Assembly (NCBI GenBank): GCA_018670085.1
Contig: JABHRS010000007.1
Location: 272 to 64,271, forward strand
Origin: an archaeon
GTDB taxonomy: Archaea > Nanobdellota > Nanobdellia > Woesearchaeales > GW2011-AR9
Length of the DNA stretch: 64,000 nt
Direction: 5' to 3'
Shown piece after piece: positions 53,003-62,086 of this stretch (the first letter of the stretch is position 1; every line of letters starts with the position of its first letter). The notes under the pieces are model-generated. The model made no database searches. It was not told the origin of the DNA and saw nothing but the letters and a program-made list of their open reading frames with translations. Position numbers and translations under genes: made by a program.

Positions 53003-53176
53003 ATTATTTTGATTATGAGTTTTCCTGATATTTTTGTTTGAATTTTACTAAAGCGCTATCTCTACATTAAATCAATGATTTGTATAGAAGAATGCGCCAC
53101 ATTAAGTATGCATGCAAAGTGGCTCTTTATAAATCTTTCTGTGAAAGAGGAGTATATTTGGCTTTTTGGCATGTTT

Positions 53177-53623
53177 TCAGGGTTTTTGGGGTGGATTTTG
53201 TTGCTTATTTTTTAGGTTTTTTTCGATAATATTTTTTATTTTTTCTCGCAATGCATTAGGAATTGAAAATGTTTTGTCATAAGGTGCATAATTTTTACTC
53301 CATCTCTCATCTGTGAATTTAGTATTTAAAAAAGATCTATCTTTTTGATATCTAGGGATTATGTGGATATGTAAATGATTTGTTCGATTACCAAGGGAAG
53401 CATAGTTCATTCTGTCAGGCTGCCACAATTCTGTTAGAGTGTTGTTAAGGTCTTTTGTTATTTTAAAAAATTCTTCTCTTTCTTTGGATGTGGTTTCTAT
53501 AAAATCATCTGCATCTTTTCTTTTGCACCATAAAATGCATCTTCCTAGGTGACATTGGTTTGGATGGAGCATAATATCCCAGAATTGATATTTTTTGATG
53601 ATTAGTTGTTCAACATCTTCCAT
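53177..53623 (-). CDS. HIT-family hydrolase
   Basis: MNYASLGN..HLHIHIIPRY. Confidence 0.9.
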   Translation of the reverse strand: MEDVEQLIIKKYQFWDIMLHPNQCHLGRCILWCKRKDADDFIETTSKEREEFFKITKDLNNTLTELWQPDRMNYASLGNRTNHLHIHIIPRYQKDRSFLNTKFTDERWSKNYAPYDKTFSIPNALREKIKNIIEKNLKNKQQNPPQKP

Positions 53624-53715
53624 CTGGCATTGGAAATGTGTTGAGTTATTAATTATTTCTATTTATTGTTAAGATTGTTAAGAAAGTTTATAACCTCATT
53701 CTTTATGGTAGTTTT

Positions 53716-54324
53716 ATGATTAAAGTAATTATTTTTGATCTTTGGGAAACCTTGGGTACTAAGAATGTAGGAATCTCTAGTACTTTGTTGAATCATTTTG
53801 GTTTCACAAAGAATCATGACTTGCTGGTAAAATATGAAAATGCTATCCAACTGAAAAAATTTTCAACAGTTGAAGATTTGGCAACTTCTTTTTTGAGTGA
53901 TTTTGAACTTGATCAGAGTCAAGAGAATATTAAATTCGTGGTGGATACTCTTCAGGCTGGAGTTACAAAAGCTACAATATTTGATGGAATTTATGAACTG
54001 CTTGAAGAATTAGCTGTTAATTATAGGTTGGGTTTGGTATCAAATACTACTGTCTTTGAATCAAAGTTGATTTTTGATTGGAAAATTGATCATTTTTTCG
54101 ATGTTAAAATTTTCTCATGGGAAATTGGGCTGATTAAACCAGATCCTAAAGTTTTTGGATTAATTTGTTCTAAGCTGGATGCTCAATCATCTGATGTTCT
54201 GTTTATCGACGATGGATCGAAGAATGTGGTGGCTGCGCGGAAACTTGGGATGCAGGCGATTCGATTTGAATCAGTTGGTCAGTTGAAGCAAGAGTTGGGT
54301 GTTTTGTTGAAAAAAAGGTTATAG
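53716..54324 (+). CDS. HAD-superfamily hydrolase
   Basis: IFDLWETL, LVSN, KPDP, FIDD...N. Confidence 0.9.
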   Translation: MIKVIIFDLWETLGTKNVGISSTLLNHFGFTKNHDLLVKYENAIQLKKFSTVEDLATSFLSDFELDQSQENIKFVVDTLQAGVTKATIFDGIYELLEELAVNYRLGLVSNTTVFESKLIFDWKIDHFFDVKIFSWEIGLIKPDPKVFGLICSKLDAQSSDVLFIDDGSKNVVAARKLGMQAIRFESVGQLKQELGVLLKKRL

Positions 54325-55158
54325 TTACTTCCTCTCTTCTACTAAATATCCAATATTGTTATACAACATTTCCATTAGGCTATAGACTAGTCCATCTAAA
54401 TATGTTCTTTTTGGATATTTTTTGATCGCAGGTTTGAGTAGTAGATATAGGTTGTCAAAATCTTTAGCAAATATCAAATCTACATATTTTTGAACTAAAT
54501 CAGAGATTGCTTTTGCAACTTTTCTGTTTTTTTTGATATTTTTAGCAATATATCTTAGTTGATCTCCTACAGACTCAAAAGTTGCAAGTAATAAAAATTG
54601 ACGATAACTTGCCTCATTTGATTGATACTTGTTTAGATATCTCATACAGTATAGGATGTGTTGATCTAAAATTCGTTCTTGGCTTTGATATTCCTTCTCA
54701 GTAATTTGATTTGATACAACTAGTTGGATGTCTTCTGCTTGTTTAACCAATTGGTGTCCTGCTCTACGAAGAATAACTTCAAAATTATCCTCTGGAACTG
54801 CAACAATGTTGCGAAAAATTGTTTTTGTGCTACTATGTTTGGATATGGCAAAACCCATCATGTGAGGAACAATCTGATTCATTAGTTCCGGGGATCTGTG
54901 GACAATTTCTATCACATCATATCCATCCATATATTTGCCGAGCAGAATGTGAAAAAACATACTGCGACGTTTACAATGACGAAGATCAAGGGAAGTTTTT
55001 TTTGTCGTCCTTTGTTTGCTGCTTTGAATGACTAGTCTATCGTTGCCTTCTGTGACTTCTATAACTTGGCCTGCTGTTAATTTTCTTTCCTTGAGCCATT
55101 TACTCGGCAGTGTGACTGTGAGTGCTCCACGTCCTTGTTTGACTAGTTTTCGTTGCAT
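54325..55158 (-). CDS. AbrB-PhoU phosphate-uptake regulator-like protein
   Basis: MQRKLVKQGRGALTVTLPSKW, YMDGYDVI, ESVGD; start reassigned to 55158. Confidence 0.82.
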   Translation of the reverse strand: MQRKLVKQGRGALTVTLPSKWLKERKLTAGQVIEVTEGNDRLVIQSSKQRTTKKTSLDLRHCKRRSMFFHILLGKYMDGYDVIEIVHRSPELMNQIVPHMMGFAISKHSSTKTIFRNIVAVPEDNFEVILRRAGHQLVKQAEDIQLVVSNQITEKEYQSQERILDQHILYCMRYLNKYQSNEASYRQFLLLATFESVGDQLRYIAKNIKKNRKVAKAISDLVQKYVDLIFAKDFDNLYLLLKPAIKKYPKRTYLDGLVYSLMEMLYNNIGYLVEERK

Positions 55159-55242
55159 TTTGTTTCTTAAATCCTGGCAGTTATATTTGTTATATAACAA
55201 ATAGAAGTTGAATATAAATGTTTGTTTTTCTTGGATATTAGT

Positions 55243-55710
55243 ATGGCAAATGGTAAAGATTTGAGGACGAGAATAGGGGAGTACTTGGATGAACACAGTC
55301 CAGGTGGGAAAATCTATCAGAAACGAAGAAGTTTGGAACAAAAAGCTGCGTATGATTTTGCAAAACCAATTGCGGAATTATTTAACAGTGAAGAAATGAG
55401 TGCTTTGCTTGATCATAGACCTGGTTTGGAAGTTCAACTTTTCTCTCATTATACCAGCTCAATGGGTGCTGCTATGGGTGGATCCCCTCCAAGTTATGAA
55501 ATTCTGGTCGACAAATCAGGGCTTTGTGTAAAACGCGATGGTGAAGTTTCAGAGAGGCATGTTTTGCCTGCAATATTGGACACTTGGGTTGAGGTAGTTC
55601 CATATGGTGGACAGTTTCACGATTCGTCTTCTGGTGATTATGAATTCAAACCAAGTTCTGAGAAATTTATGGATTATATTACGCGACAAATGGGGGAATA
55701 TCTAAAATGA
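55243..55710 (+). CDS. Hypothetical protein
   Basis: ORF with TATAAA upstream; ATG 55243; overlaps next start. Confidence 0.6.
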   Translation: MANGKDLRTRIGEYLDEHSPGGKIYQKRRSLEQKAAYDFAKPIAELFNSEEMSALLDHRPGLEVQLFSHYTSSMGAAMGGSPPSYEILVDKSGLCVKRDGEVSERHVLPAILDTWVEVVPYGGQFHDSSSGDYEFKPSSEKFMDYITRQMGEYLK

Positions 55711-56513
55711 ATAATCTAAAAAAAATTGATTTAGAACAACTATTAATAGACGCTAGTTTGAGTGCTGGAAAACATCTGCGTGACCATGCATTTGATCCTG
55801 GAACAATTAAATGGAAAGGACCAGATGATCCAGTAACTGTTAGAGACGTAGAGGCTGAAGGAATCATTGTGGATACTTTTTGTGAATATCTGGATCTGAA
55901 AATTATCGGTGAAGAATCTGGAAAAAGTAAAAGTTGCAGTGGTGATAGTCGTTACACTGCAATTATTGATCCACTTGATGGAACAAAATCATACTTGCGC
56001 CGCGATTTTGATTCAACGGTGAGTGTTGGTCTTGAAGAAGATGGCGTCTTGATTGGCGGAGTAGTTTATGATTTTATGCGAGACATTATGTATGTTGGTT
56101 TTAGAGGAGAAACATATCTGATGAATGCAGGATCCAAACATGACTTTGGATCGGTGATCGCAAACTCCAATCTTGGAATCTTAACAAACTCTGATCCCAA
56201 AAAAGTTAGCCCTGAAAATGCTTTAAAAATCGAAGCTATGAGGGTTAATCCAGACTTTTATATCTCAGGTCGCCGTGGATCGATTGCTCTTGGAATGGCC
56301 CAAACTGCGTTTGGTATTCATGATGCAATGATACATTTTAAACAGGGTAATGGGGGAAACATTTGGGATGTCGCTGCTGGTGCTTATCTTCTGCAATGTG
56401 AAGGCTTTACAATGCTTGATGGGAGAGGAGATGCTTATGATTACAAAAATCCAGGGAAGGGAATTGTAGTGTATAAGGAGAATGATTTGCAGACACTAAT
56501 GGAGTATGTATGA
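55707..56513 (+). CDS. Inositol monophosphatase family protein
   Basis: IGEE, IIDPLDGT, WDVAAG. Confidence 0.9.
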   Translation: MNNLKKIDLEQLLIDASLSAGKHLRDHAFDPGTIKWKGPDDPVTVRDVEAEGIIVDTFCEYLDLKIIGEESGKSKSCSGDSRYTAIIDPLDGTKSYLRRDFDSTVSVGLEEDGVLIGGVVYDFMRDIMYVGFRGETYLMNAGSKHDFGSVIANSNLGILTNSDPKKVSPENALKIEAMRVNPDFYISGRRGSIALGMAQTAFGIHDAMIHFKQGNGGNIWDVAAGAYLLQCEGFTMLDGRGDAYDYKNPGKGIVVYKENDLQTLMEYV

Positions 56514-56597
56514 TTTTTTTTTTTTAATCTTTTTTTAAAAATAACTTGATATTTTTAACTAGATAAGTTTATATTATCAATTTTATTAAGAATCATC

Positions 56598-57113
56598 ATG
56601 ATTCAGGAATTGCTAGATGTTGTAGACTCCAAAGATAATGTTCTAAAACAAGTTGGGAGAAAAGATTGGTACTCACACAGCGCATGTGCAGGAGAATTTA
56701 TTCGCTATGTTAATGCTTTTATTTTTGATCCAGAAGGTTATTTGTTGTTGCCTATTAGGTCTGATAGTGCGTATTTATTTCCTGGCGCATTTGATTTTTC
56801 TTGTGCTGAGCATATGAGATCTGGTGAAAGCTATAATATTGCAATGATGCGTGGTTTAGAGGAAGAGAATGGCCTTGTTGGTTTGACTCCTGGTATGATC
56901 GGAGTCGTGAATCCATCATTAGGAGTCAGTGGATTCATTGGGTTGTATGAATTAGTTGTTTCTGATAGGAGCGATGTTGTTCTTGATGCAGATGAGTTTA
57001 AAGAGTGTGAGTGGAAAACAATAGAAGAAGTTCAGTCAATGCTGAAGGATGGTTCTAGTAGGTTTAAGAGTGATTTTCCAAAGGTGTTAGAGTTTTATTT
57101 GTCGAAGAAGTAA
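56598..57113 (+). CDS. NUDIX hydrolase (IDI-like)
   Basis: DVVD, FPGAFD, SGESY..AMMRGLEEENG. Confidence 0.8.
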   Translation: MIQELLDVVDSKDNVLKQVGRKDWYSHSACAGEFIRYVNAFIFDPEGYLLLPIRSDSAYLFPGAFDFSCAEHMRSGESYNIAMMRGLEEENGLVGLTPGMIGVVNPSLGVSGFIGLYELVVSDRSDVVLDADEFKECEWKTIEEVQSMLKDGSSRFKSDFPKVLEFYLSKK

Positions 57114-57138
57114 TTATTTTAGTCTTAAAAGAAAAAAG

Positions 57139-57267
57139 TGGTCCCCCCTCCCGGATTCGAACCGGGGATCTTCCCGTAACTACTGAGCTTTTATCATCAA
57201 AGCCAAACTTTGGCATATCAAAAAGCTGTCTACAGCGGGATGTTCTAAACCGCTGAACTAAGGGGGG
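57139..57267 (-). tRNA. tRNA-Tyr(GTA), 52-nt intron at 37/38 (57178-57229), CCA encoded
   Basis: C1:G72; TCCCG CTGTAG^A CGGGA; CCCGG TTCGAAT CCGGG; A73 then CCA. Confidence 0.94.
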
Positions 57268-57359
57268 ATCAGGTTATCTACGGTTTCAATTTGTTATATA
57301 AAGTTTCTGGTGTTTTTAGAATAGATTAGGAAAAAGAAAATAATCTTTCATTTGTGTGA

Positions 57360-57818
57360 TTATTCTGAGATCGAAGGTTGATTACGATAATTTTGGTTTA
57401 CAACTCCAACTAAAGTTTTAACATCAGCATAAATTTTGTGGCCACTATGTACTCTACTATCAAAAGAATCCGGCCAAGCAGGAAATGGGTTAAAATCTTC
57501 TTTGAAATAATCCCAATCTTTTTGCAAGCCTGGAAATAATTTATTAGTAATTTTTCCAATAGTTCCATTCAAATACCATGGTGATTCAGGCGGGCTTCTT
57601 GGTTCAAGACATCCACCTTCTCCAGTTTCAAAATCAAACCAGTTACCTAAATTTTGGTCGTAAAAAAATGAAGGTTGTCGATGAAAATGATGGGTTTGGT
57701 TTGTAAGTGATGTACTTCCTGCATTAGCAAGACCACGATCATCGATTCCATTTCCTCTGAATGATAAATATGGCAATGTATCAAAAAAGTTTTCTGTTTG
57801 TGAGAGGTAAAAGTCCAT
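57360..57818 (-). CDS. Hypothetical protein
   Basis: 152-aa ORF. Confidence 0.5.
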   Translation of the reverse strand: MDFYLSQTENFFDTLPYLSFRGNGIDDRGLANAGSTSLTNQTHHFHRQPSFFYDQNLGNWFDFETGEGGCLEPRSPPESPWYLNGTIGKITNKLFPGLQKDWDYFKEDFNPFPAWPDSFDSRVHSGHKIYADVKTLVGVVNQNYRNQPSISE

Positions 57819-57885
57819 TTTTTATTATTTTAATAATTTCTTTTTAAATTTTTGTTTGTTGTAATGCTTTTCAAATAGAAAAATA

Positions 57886-57923
57886 AGCCCCAGCCGAGAG
57901 TTGCCACTAGCCACTGGTCAAGT
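57886..57923 (-). repeat. Degenerate, rearranged mini-copy of tRNA-Thr(TGT)
   Basis: 57886-57903 matches 58735-58752 at 16/18; 57903-57917 matches 58862-58877 (1 gap, 1 mismatch); 57917-57923 matches 58849-58855 at 7/7. Confidence 0.75.
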
Positions 57924-57933
57924 ACGAGTAGGG

Positions 57934-57940
57934 TTTATAT
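57934..57940 (+). promoter_or_regulatory. Putative TATA box of a leaderless LAGLIDADG transcript
   Basis: TTTATAT ending 24 nt before ATG 57964. Confidence 0.5.
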
Positions 57941-57963
57941 CCTGGTTTGTCGACTATAACTGT

Positions 57964-58806
57964 ATGTTGTTGGATAGTTCTTCAATTGAAAAAAGTAGGT
58001 TTGATTTGCGTAAAGAGATTACTTTTCCTGAAGAAATGTCAGTTGAATTAGCTGAAATGATTGGGATTTTAGTTGGGGATGGTCATTTGTCTGTTTTGGA
58101 AAGAATAGATAATAAAGGGAGTAAATTTACTCAATCAACAGTTTTTATTGCTGGAAATTGTAACGAACAGGATTATTTGGAGCATATCCAACGTCTTTTT
58201 TTGAAACTTTTCAATGTTCCTCTCACATATAGAGAAGATAAAAGATCTGATGGAGTATTGCTTGTTTGTTATTCAAAAGGAATTGTGCAATATTTGAGTA
58301 AAGTATGTCAAGTTCCAGTTGGGAGGAAATGTGCTATAGTAAAAGTACCTCAATTAATCTTTGATTCAAAAAGTGTGTTTCAAATGGCTTTTTTAAGAGG
58401 GTTGGCAGATACTGATTTTTCTCTTTGTTTTAAGAATAAAAGTAAAAAAGGTTATGCTTATCCTGTGATAAAGGGGAGTTTTCGAAGTAGATTTTTAATT
58501 CAGGATTTGGAAAGGTTATTCTCTTTTTTTGGGTTTATTCATTGTACTTGTTATGGATTAATAAGAAAAAATAATAAATTTGGATCTGATGTTGTGATGC
58601 ATGCAATCTATCTCAATGGTGTGAAAAATTTGGAACTATGGATTAACATTGTTGGTTTTTCTCAACCTAAATTTCAAAATAAAATCTTGGAATGGAGAGA
58701 AACAGGTCAATCCATACCTAAAAAGAAAAAAAAGAGCCCCGGGCGAGAGTTGAATTCGCGATGTATGGATTCTTCCACACATTCTCGCGACCTCTTGATT
58801 GCTTGA
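57964..58806 (+). CDS. Free-standing two-motif LAGLIDADG homing endonuclease-family protein; C-terminus antisense to tRNA-Thr
   Basis: LAEMIGILVGDG and FLRGLADTDF motifs; no intein splicing ends. Confidence 0.88.
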   Translation: MLLDSSSIEKSRFDLRKEITFPEEMSVELAEMIGILVGDGHLSVLERIDNKGSKFTQSTVFIAGNCNEQDYLEHIQRLFLKLFNVPLTYREDKRSDGVLLVCYSKGIVQYLSKVCQVPVGRKCAIVKVPQLIFDSKSVFQMAFLRGLADTDFSLCFKNKSKKGYAYPVIKGSFRSRFLIQDLERLFSFFGFIHCTCYGLIRKNNKFGSDVVMHAIYLNGVKNLELWINIVGFSQPKFQNKILEWRETGQSIPKKKKKSPGRELNSRCMDSSTHSRDLLIA

Positions 58807-58880
58807 TATGCTTTTGTTTCTTTTGGAAACATACCAGCAAGTGTACAAGTCAAGTGCTATAGCCACTAAGCCACCGGGGC
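58735..58880 (-). tRNA. tRNA-Thr(TGT) with two introns (37/38 at 58800-58843; 53/54 at 58755-58783)
   Basis: Splices to 73 nt: GCCCCGG TG GCTT AGTGGCTA TAGC A CTTGA CTTGTAA TCAAG AGGTC GCGAG TTCAACT CTCGC CCGGGGC T. Confidence 0.9.
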
Positions 58881-59040
58881 AATAAAGTTTGCATGCTTCA
58901 AAGATGTTTATTAAGCTTTCTCTTGATTTGCACTTATTCTCTTAAATTTGGTCCAAACTACTCTATAATAGTAAAATTTATATAAAAACTGTCTTAATTT
59001 AGATAATACAAACAAAGTAAGTTTGTTTTTTTAATTATTT

Positions 59041-59772
59041 ATGGGAGAAAATAAAATGCAAGAAATCAGTGCAGTATATGCAGCAAAGGAATTAGGAAGT
59101 CATTTAGTAGTTACTGTGCCTGAGCAGCCTAAGTATTGGAAAAGTAGGTTGACGACTTCTGTCAATCCTGTAAAATTAGTGGTAGATTTTTTTTTAAGAT
59201 TAGAGGCGCAGATTAGTTTTGGTATGTTGTACCTAACTGATAAAACTGAATATCAAAGAATTACTGCTCACGCAAAAGCTGAAGTAGCCTATGGAATTGA
59301 ACTTGAATCTGCACTTGAAGAGCAAGGTCAAGGTGAAATGGCTGAATTAAGAAGGCTGGGAATTGTTTCTGAAAGACAATTGGATGCATTAGAGATTTTT
59401 AACATGGCAAGTATGGCATTAGATAGTGAGATCAGTTTTGCAGGTAGTCGGGATGGGAATGTCTTTTATTCTGAGAGGGGATCTGTTCAGCGACTTGTTA
59501 CTGATGGTGGAAGACTTGATGACTATATTCGCATTGCTGTAGCTGGTGGTGTTGAATGTTTAAAGGAAAAATATTGGATGCCAACTCCTGGTGTAAAACG
59601 ACCTGAAATTGTGGGTTCTGAATTTGAAGGAATTGCAGCTGCTTGGTTAAGAGATGAACTTGATTCAAATTTGGTTGACAATAAAGAAGTTCTATTGCTT
59701 GAAAGATTGTTAGTTTCAAAACATGCTGATGGTAGATACGATTTGAAGATACATAGAAAAAAGAATTATTAA
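59041..59772 (+). CDS. Hypothetical protein
   Basis: 243-aa ORF, TTTATATAAA upstream. Confidence 0.65.
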   Translation: MGENKMQEISAVYAAKELGSHLVVTVPEQPKYWKSRLTTSVNPVKLVVDFFLRLEAQISFGMLYLTDKTEYQRITAHAKAEVAYGIELESALEEQGQGEMAELRRLGIVSERQLDALEIFNMASMALDSEISFAGSRDGNVFYSERGSVQRLVTDGGRLDDYIRIAVAGGVECLKEKYWMPTPGVKRPEIVGSEFEGIAAAWLRDELDSNLVDNKEVLLLERLLVSKHADGRYDLKIHRKKNY

Positions 59773-59825
59773 TTATTACTTTCAAAGAGTAAAATTTAAA
59801 TAAGAGTTGTCTAAATTAAGACAAT

Positions 59826-60392
59826 GTGGCAAATAATGTTGATTTTTTAGGTTTACTTTCAGATGCAAGTTCAGATAATCTTTTTGCAGGTTACTCTAAA
59901 CAATTAGACGCTGACAATGAATCAATTCTTTACGATCCTAACATTTTTAGAGTGGAGCGGCGAGTAAAATTTGATGGATTGACTAGGATGTTGCCGAATT
60001 TATTATATGAACAATTAAGTGTTGATTCAAATGTTCATAAAACGCAGAAATCTACTGTTCCACATCGTAGGTCATTTGCAAATTTACGAGGACATATTTA
60101 TCGAATTTCTGGTTTAGAACTTTGGGATGATACTGATTTACTCACCTCTAAGACTTTGATGACTGGGCTTGATGCAGGTCAGAAGAATCAATTGCTTGCA
60201 GATTTGAGAATTAGTACTGGGCTTGAAGAATCTGGTGCTGCTTATTTTGATATTTCTTGTAGTGTTTATGATTCAAAACTGGTTGAAGCTATTCATGATG
60301 AATTTTTTCCTAAGGCGCGGCAGGTCGCAAAGGATTTGGATGCTTATATTTTGAGTTTGGATATTGATGATTGTTATTCTGTGAAGAGATGA
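59826..60392 (+). CDS. Hypothetical protein
   Basis: 188-aa ORF, TTTAAATA about 25 nt upstream. Confidence 0.6.
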   Translation: MANNVDFLGLLSDASSDNLFAGYSKQLDADNESILYDPNIFRVERRVKFDGLTRMLPNLLYEQLSVDSNVHKTQKSTVPHRRSFANLRGHIYRISGLELWDDTDLLTSKTLMTGLDAGQKNQLLADLRISTGLEESGAAYFDISCSVYDSKLVEAIHDEFFPKARQVAKDLDAYILSLDIDDCYSVKR

Positions 60393-60472
60393 TAGGTAAA
60401 TGTTGTAAATGTTCTCATCTTTCTTCTTTACACCCTAAATCATTTTAAAGCTAAACTTTCTGATTTCTCTTA

Positions 60473-61267
60473 ATGGCAGAAGAATCAGGGGCAGCAAGTA
60501 TCAATGGACTTAAAGAAGCTATTAAATGTTCAACTGGAAACCAGGATTTGAACTATTATATGGGTGGTGGATATGAAGCTGGGATTATCACAACCATCTT
60601 TGGACCAAGTGGATCAGGGAAAACAAATTTGGCACTGCTTGCAGCTGTTCGAATGGCAGAAACTGGAAAAAAAGTTTTAATCATTGACACCGAAGGCGGA
60701 ATTGCAGCTGAGAGAATTACTCAAATGCTTCAAAATGATTTAATGAAAACAGAAGTTTTGTCAAGGCTATTATTTTTTCAACCGCTGAGTTTCAAAGATC
60801 AAGAAATGGTGTTTCATAGATTTAGTGATATCAATTGGGATGAAATTGGAATGGTGGTTGTGGATTCTATCTCAATGTTGTATCGATTAGAACTTGGACG
60901 AGCGGATGCAATATTTGAAACAAATAATAGTTTAGGTCGTCAGATAGCTTCAGCAGTTGAACTTGCTCGTCGACGTAAAATACCAGTAATTATGACTAAT
61001 CAAGTTTATTCTGATTTTGGTAAAAGTGATGGTGTTAAAATGGTTGGTGGAGACCTATTGAAGTATGGTTCTAAATGTTTAATTGAACTTCAGAAAGGCG
61101 AAGGGGTAAGAGCTTTACTGCTTCGTAAACATCGAAGTTTGATGCGTGAGAATGAATTTGTGTTCAAGATTGTGGGCAAAGGTATTGAGAAAGTGGATGT
61201 TGGTGCTTCAGCTGTTTCAGAGGATGCTTTTGCTTCGAGTGATGCGAAAGATTTGTTTGGTTTGTAA
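60473..61267 (+). CDS. radB: DNA repair protein RadB
   Basis: GPSGSGKTN, IDTEG, VVDS, TNQVY, KHRS RadB motif. Confidence 0.92.
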   Translation: MAEESGAASINGLKEAIKCSTGNQDLNYYMGGGYEAGIITTIFGPSGSGKTNLALLAAVRMAETGKKVLIIDTEGGIAAERITQMLQNDLMKTEVLSRLLFFQPLSFKDQEMVFHRFSDINWDEIGMVVVDSISMLYRLELGRADAIFETNNSLGRQIASAVELARRRKIPVIMTNQVYSDFGKSDGVKMVGGDLLKYGSKCLIELQKGEGVRALLLRKHRSLMRENEFVFKIVGKGIEKVDVGASAVSEDAFASSDAKDLFGL

Positions 61268-61306
61268 TAAAGTAATATTTATATTCTATTAATATATTTT
61301 TCTCCT

Positions 61307-61888
61307 ATGAGTCGATTTACAGGTATGGCTGCAGAGGATGCTGAACAAGTTTTGAATGATTTGCATCTTGGAATTGATGTTGGTAAAAAATTAGTTACAG
61401 CAACTCATCAGCTAGATGATAAATTAGCTTCTTTGTATATCTTGATGAATCATATAACTATGGAGTATCCTGAAGAGATTACAGATTTTCTTGAAAAAAT
61501 TATTGTTGAAAGTCATGATTTTGTTCCTGAGTTAAAAAAATTTGAAAGTGAAGAATTGCATCTGGTATTATTGGAATCTGCAGCTGAAGCTGTGGGACCA
61601 AGGTGGATATTTTCACATCAGGCAAAGGTTGAGGCTGAGTTGAAAGAAGAATCAAAAGTTGTAAAAAAACATTTGCAGCATGTGCATAAATATTTGTTAA
61701 TTATTCAGAAGGAATTTGTTGAGGCCAAACATCTATTTTTGGTTGATATTGAAAAATGCAAAATAACTGAAATGAGAATTGATTTAGTGGGTAAAGAGAA
61801 GGAGTTTGAACATATCATAGAAAATTTATTATTGTTTTTGAAAGTTTATTTGCATTTGTTGGAGTCGAAGTTGAAAGAAATGAAGTGA
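61307..61888 (+). CDS. Hypothetical helical protein
   Basis: 193-aa ORF. Confidence 0.65.
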   Translation: MSRFTGMAAEDAEQVLNDLHLGIDVGKKLVTATHQLDDKLASLYILMNHITMEYPEEITDFLEKIIVESHDFVPELKKFESEELHLVLLESAAEAVGPRWIFSHQAKVEAELKEESKVVKKHLQHVHKYLLIIQKEFVEAKHLFLVDIEKCKITEMRIDLVGKEKEFEHIIENLLLFLKVYLHLLESKLKEMK

Positions 61889-61900
61889 GTTGCTTTTGTT

Positions 61901-62075
61901 AAATTCAGTACGGCTGCAGATTTGCAAAGCAAATCTTTGGCACACGGTCGGGGCTCAGTTCCGTTTCTCCTCGTTCGCAACTAACTTTGTTCGTTTTGCT
62001 CAGGTCGACTTGTTTAGCTCTTACGAATATTATCTGCTTGGCCATGTTGACCCTGTGTGCGCCCGTACTGAATTT
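61901..62075. other. 175-bp palindromic element (MITE/REP-like or ncRNA)
   Basis: 13-bp terminal inverted repeat AAATTCAGTACGG/CCGTACTGAATTT enclosing three further stems. Confidence 0.55.
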
Positions 62076-62086
62076 TTTGGAGAAGA

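Noticed and set aside
55480-55490. GGATCCCCTCC as an att copy of the tRNA-Tyr 3' end
   Set aside because: Short, imperfect and inside a coding region
57901-58806. LAGLIDADG ORF as an intein or as intron-encoded
   Set aside because: No host extein or His-Asn splice end; the tRNA is complete without it, and the ORF is antisense and mostly outside the tRNA
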